The notes beneath the pieces are model-generated. The model did no database searches, was not told the DNA's origin, and was given only the letters and a program-made list of their open reading frames with translations. The translations under genes and the position numbers were made by a program. From the NCBI GenBank assembly GCA_965644315.1, contig CBFFRQ010000030.1:186001-250000 (forward strand): DNA of 64,000 nucleotides, read 5' to 3'. This stretch comes from Caecitellus pseudoparvulus. Taxonomy: Eukaryota; Protista; Bigyra: Bicosoecida. This document shows positions 63,149 to 64,000 of the stretch, one piece after another. The stretch's first letter is position 1. The number at the start of each line of letters is the position of its first letter.

Positions 63149-63968
63149 TCACTGCGCGTAAACCTGCACGATGTCTCGTATGCGTTTTCGGCAGTAAGGG
63201 CAGTGCCCAAAACTGCTGTGGATCCGCTCTGCGCACGCTTTGCAAGCCAGATGGCCACAGTCATAGAACACCGTGTCGACATCCTTGTCCAAGCAAATGC
63301 CACACTGAGAAGCCAACACCATAGCTTGGTTGGGGCTGTATCCTGCAGATGCAGGCTGGGCAGCGCCTCCCGACTGCGCGTTGGCTCTCAACTCGGCAGC
63401 CTTTTCCGCAAGCTGCCCGCCTTGTTGCAAGTGACCCCAGGCTTCAGAGTCAGCGACCTGCACAGCTCGAATGTACGCTGCATACTGCTCACGAGCGACT
63501 TGTGCATCCCCAGTATCCTCGGGGTGCGCCTCTGGCGCAACAGCAGCAGAGCCCGCTAGCCTGCTCTCTGACCCGGATGACGCCCGCAGCACACCCAAAG
63601 CGGTGGCATTCATGAATAACCCTTGCCCAGGGCCACCAGCAGCGGCATCTTGATCCTCGCAAGCTCGGGCGTAGTTGCCCAGCAGCCATGACAAGCGAAA
63701 GGTAATGATGCCTGCCACGACGTCCACGATGAAGAAAGCGAACACAACGTAGACGATTTCCACGCCCTCGCCACCCTCTCCGTCGGAGCCCACAGTCAGC
63801 GTCAACAGGAACATGAGTGAGAAGATCCCCACCAAGCCAATGGCCAGTGTGGCGTGGCCGTACAGCGCCAGCTGGTTTAGGGTCACGGCACCGTAGAAGC
63901 CCATCGCAGACAAGACTGCCAGGCCCAGGTTCATGCCAAAGGAAATGCGCGCGATTCCAGGTCGAATC
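63149..63968 (-). CDS. Transmembrane RING-HC (C3HC4) E3-ligase-like protein, 5'-partial
   Basis: Three or more TM helices, then CGICLDKDVDTVFYDCGHLACKACAERI....CPYCR. A TTGCAG acceptor near 63968 implies upstream exons beyond the window. Confidence 0.85.
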
Positions 63969-64000
63969 TGCAATGGCACATCCTCCGCTGCGGGTGTGCC

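Noticed and set aside
1-64000. Hundreds of 60-670 aa alternative-frame and antisense ORFs (for example 2286..4010 -, 36933..38606 -, 40850..42862 -, 44441..45691 -)
   Set aside because: They overlap well-supported genes and are expected shadows of high GC and GC3 bias. None shows a recognisable motif.
1-64000. tRNA genes, endogenous virophage/Polinton, retrotransposon, telomeric repeats
   Set aside because: I saw no cloverleaf or T-loop signature, no long AT-rich island, no capsid, pPolB, RT or integrase motifs, and no telomere-like arrays.

Overview
Gene-dense, GC-rich (roughly two-thirds GC by eye) eukaryotic nuclear DNA from a unicellular protist. Introns are short (about 60-95 nt, GT-AG, mostly GTGCG/GTGAG donors) and intergenic gaps are tiny. 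A free-living flagellate such as a bigyran stramenopile is a guess only. About 25 protein genes are supported. Recognisable ones are RICTOR (5'-partial), PACRG-like, folate-receptor-like, ApaG, bromodomain, RAMP4, multi-RRM, GlmS/GFAT, type I L-asparaginase, N-myristoyltransferase, MATCAP, DUF962, Zn-CDF, PITH and a RING protein, plus one solitary 5S rRNA gene. The accessory zone (about 11.5-34.4 kb) is the most interesting. It holds (i) an orphan gene built from seven phase-0 exon modules, three of them near-identical 497-bp intron+exon tandem copies; (ii) a ~7.8-kb Plavaka-type (CACTA-related) DNA transposon with an intact C2H2+DDE transposase, candidate imperfect TIRs with a 2-bp TSD, and uncharacterised companion genes; and (iii) a 6.5-kb intronless receptor-like gene whose seven near-identical RCC1 blades vary almost only at two small patches. 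Elsewhere there is a strongly divergent Sec61-alpha paralogue, a CG-1/IQ/C2 protein and a bacterial-type intron-containing glmS. All family calls come from motif recognition by eye; no database searches were run. Most short ORFs in the six-frame track are antisense or shadow ORFs caused by high GC.
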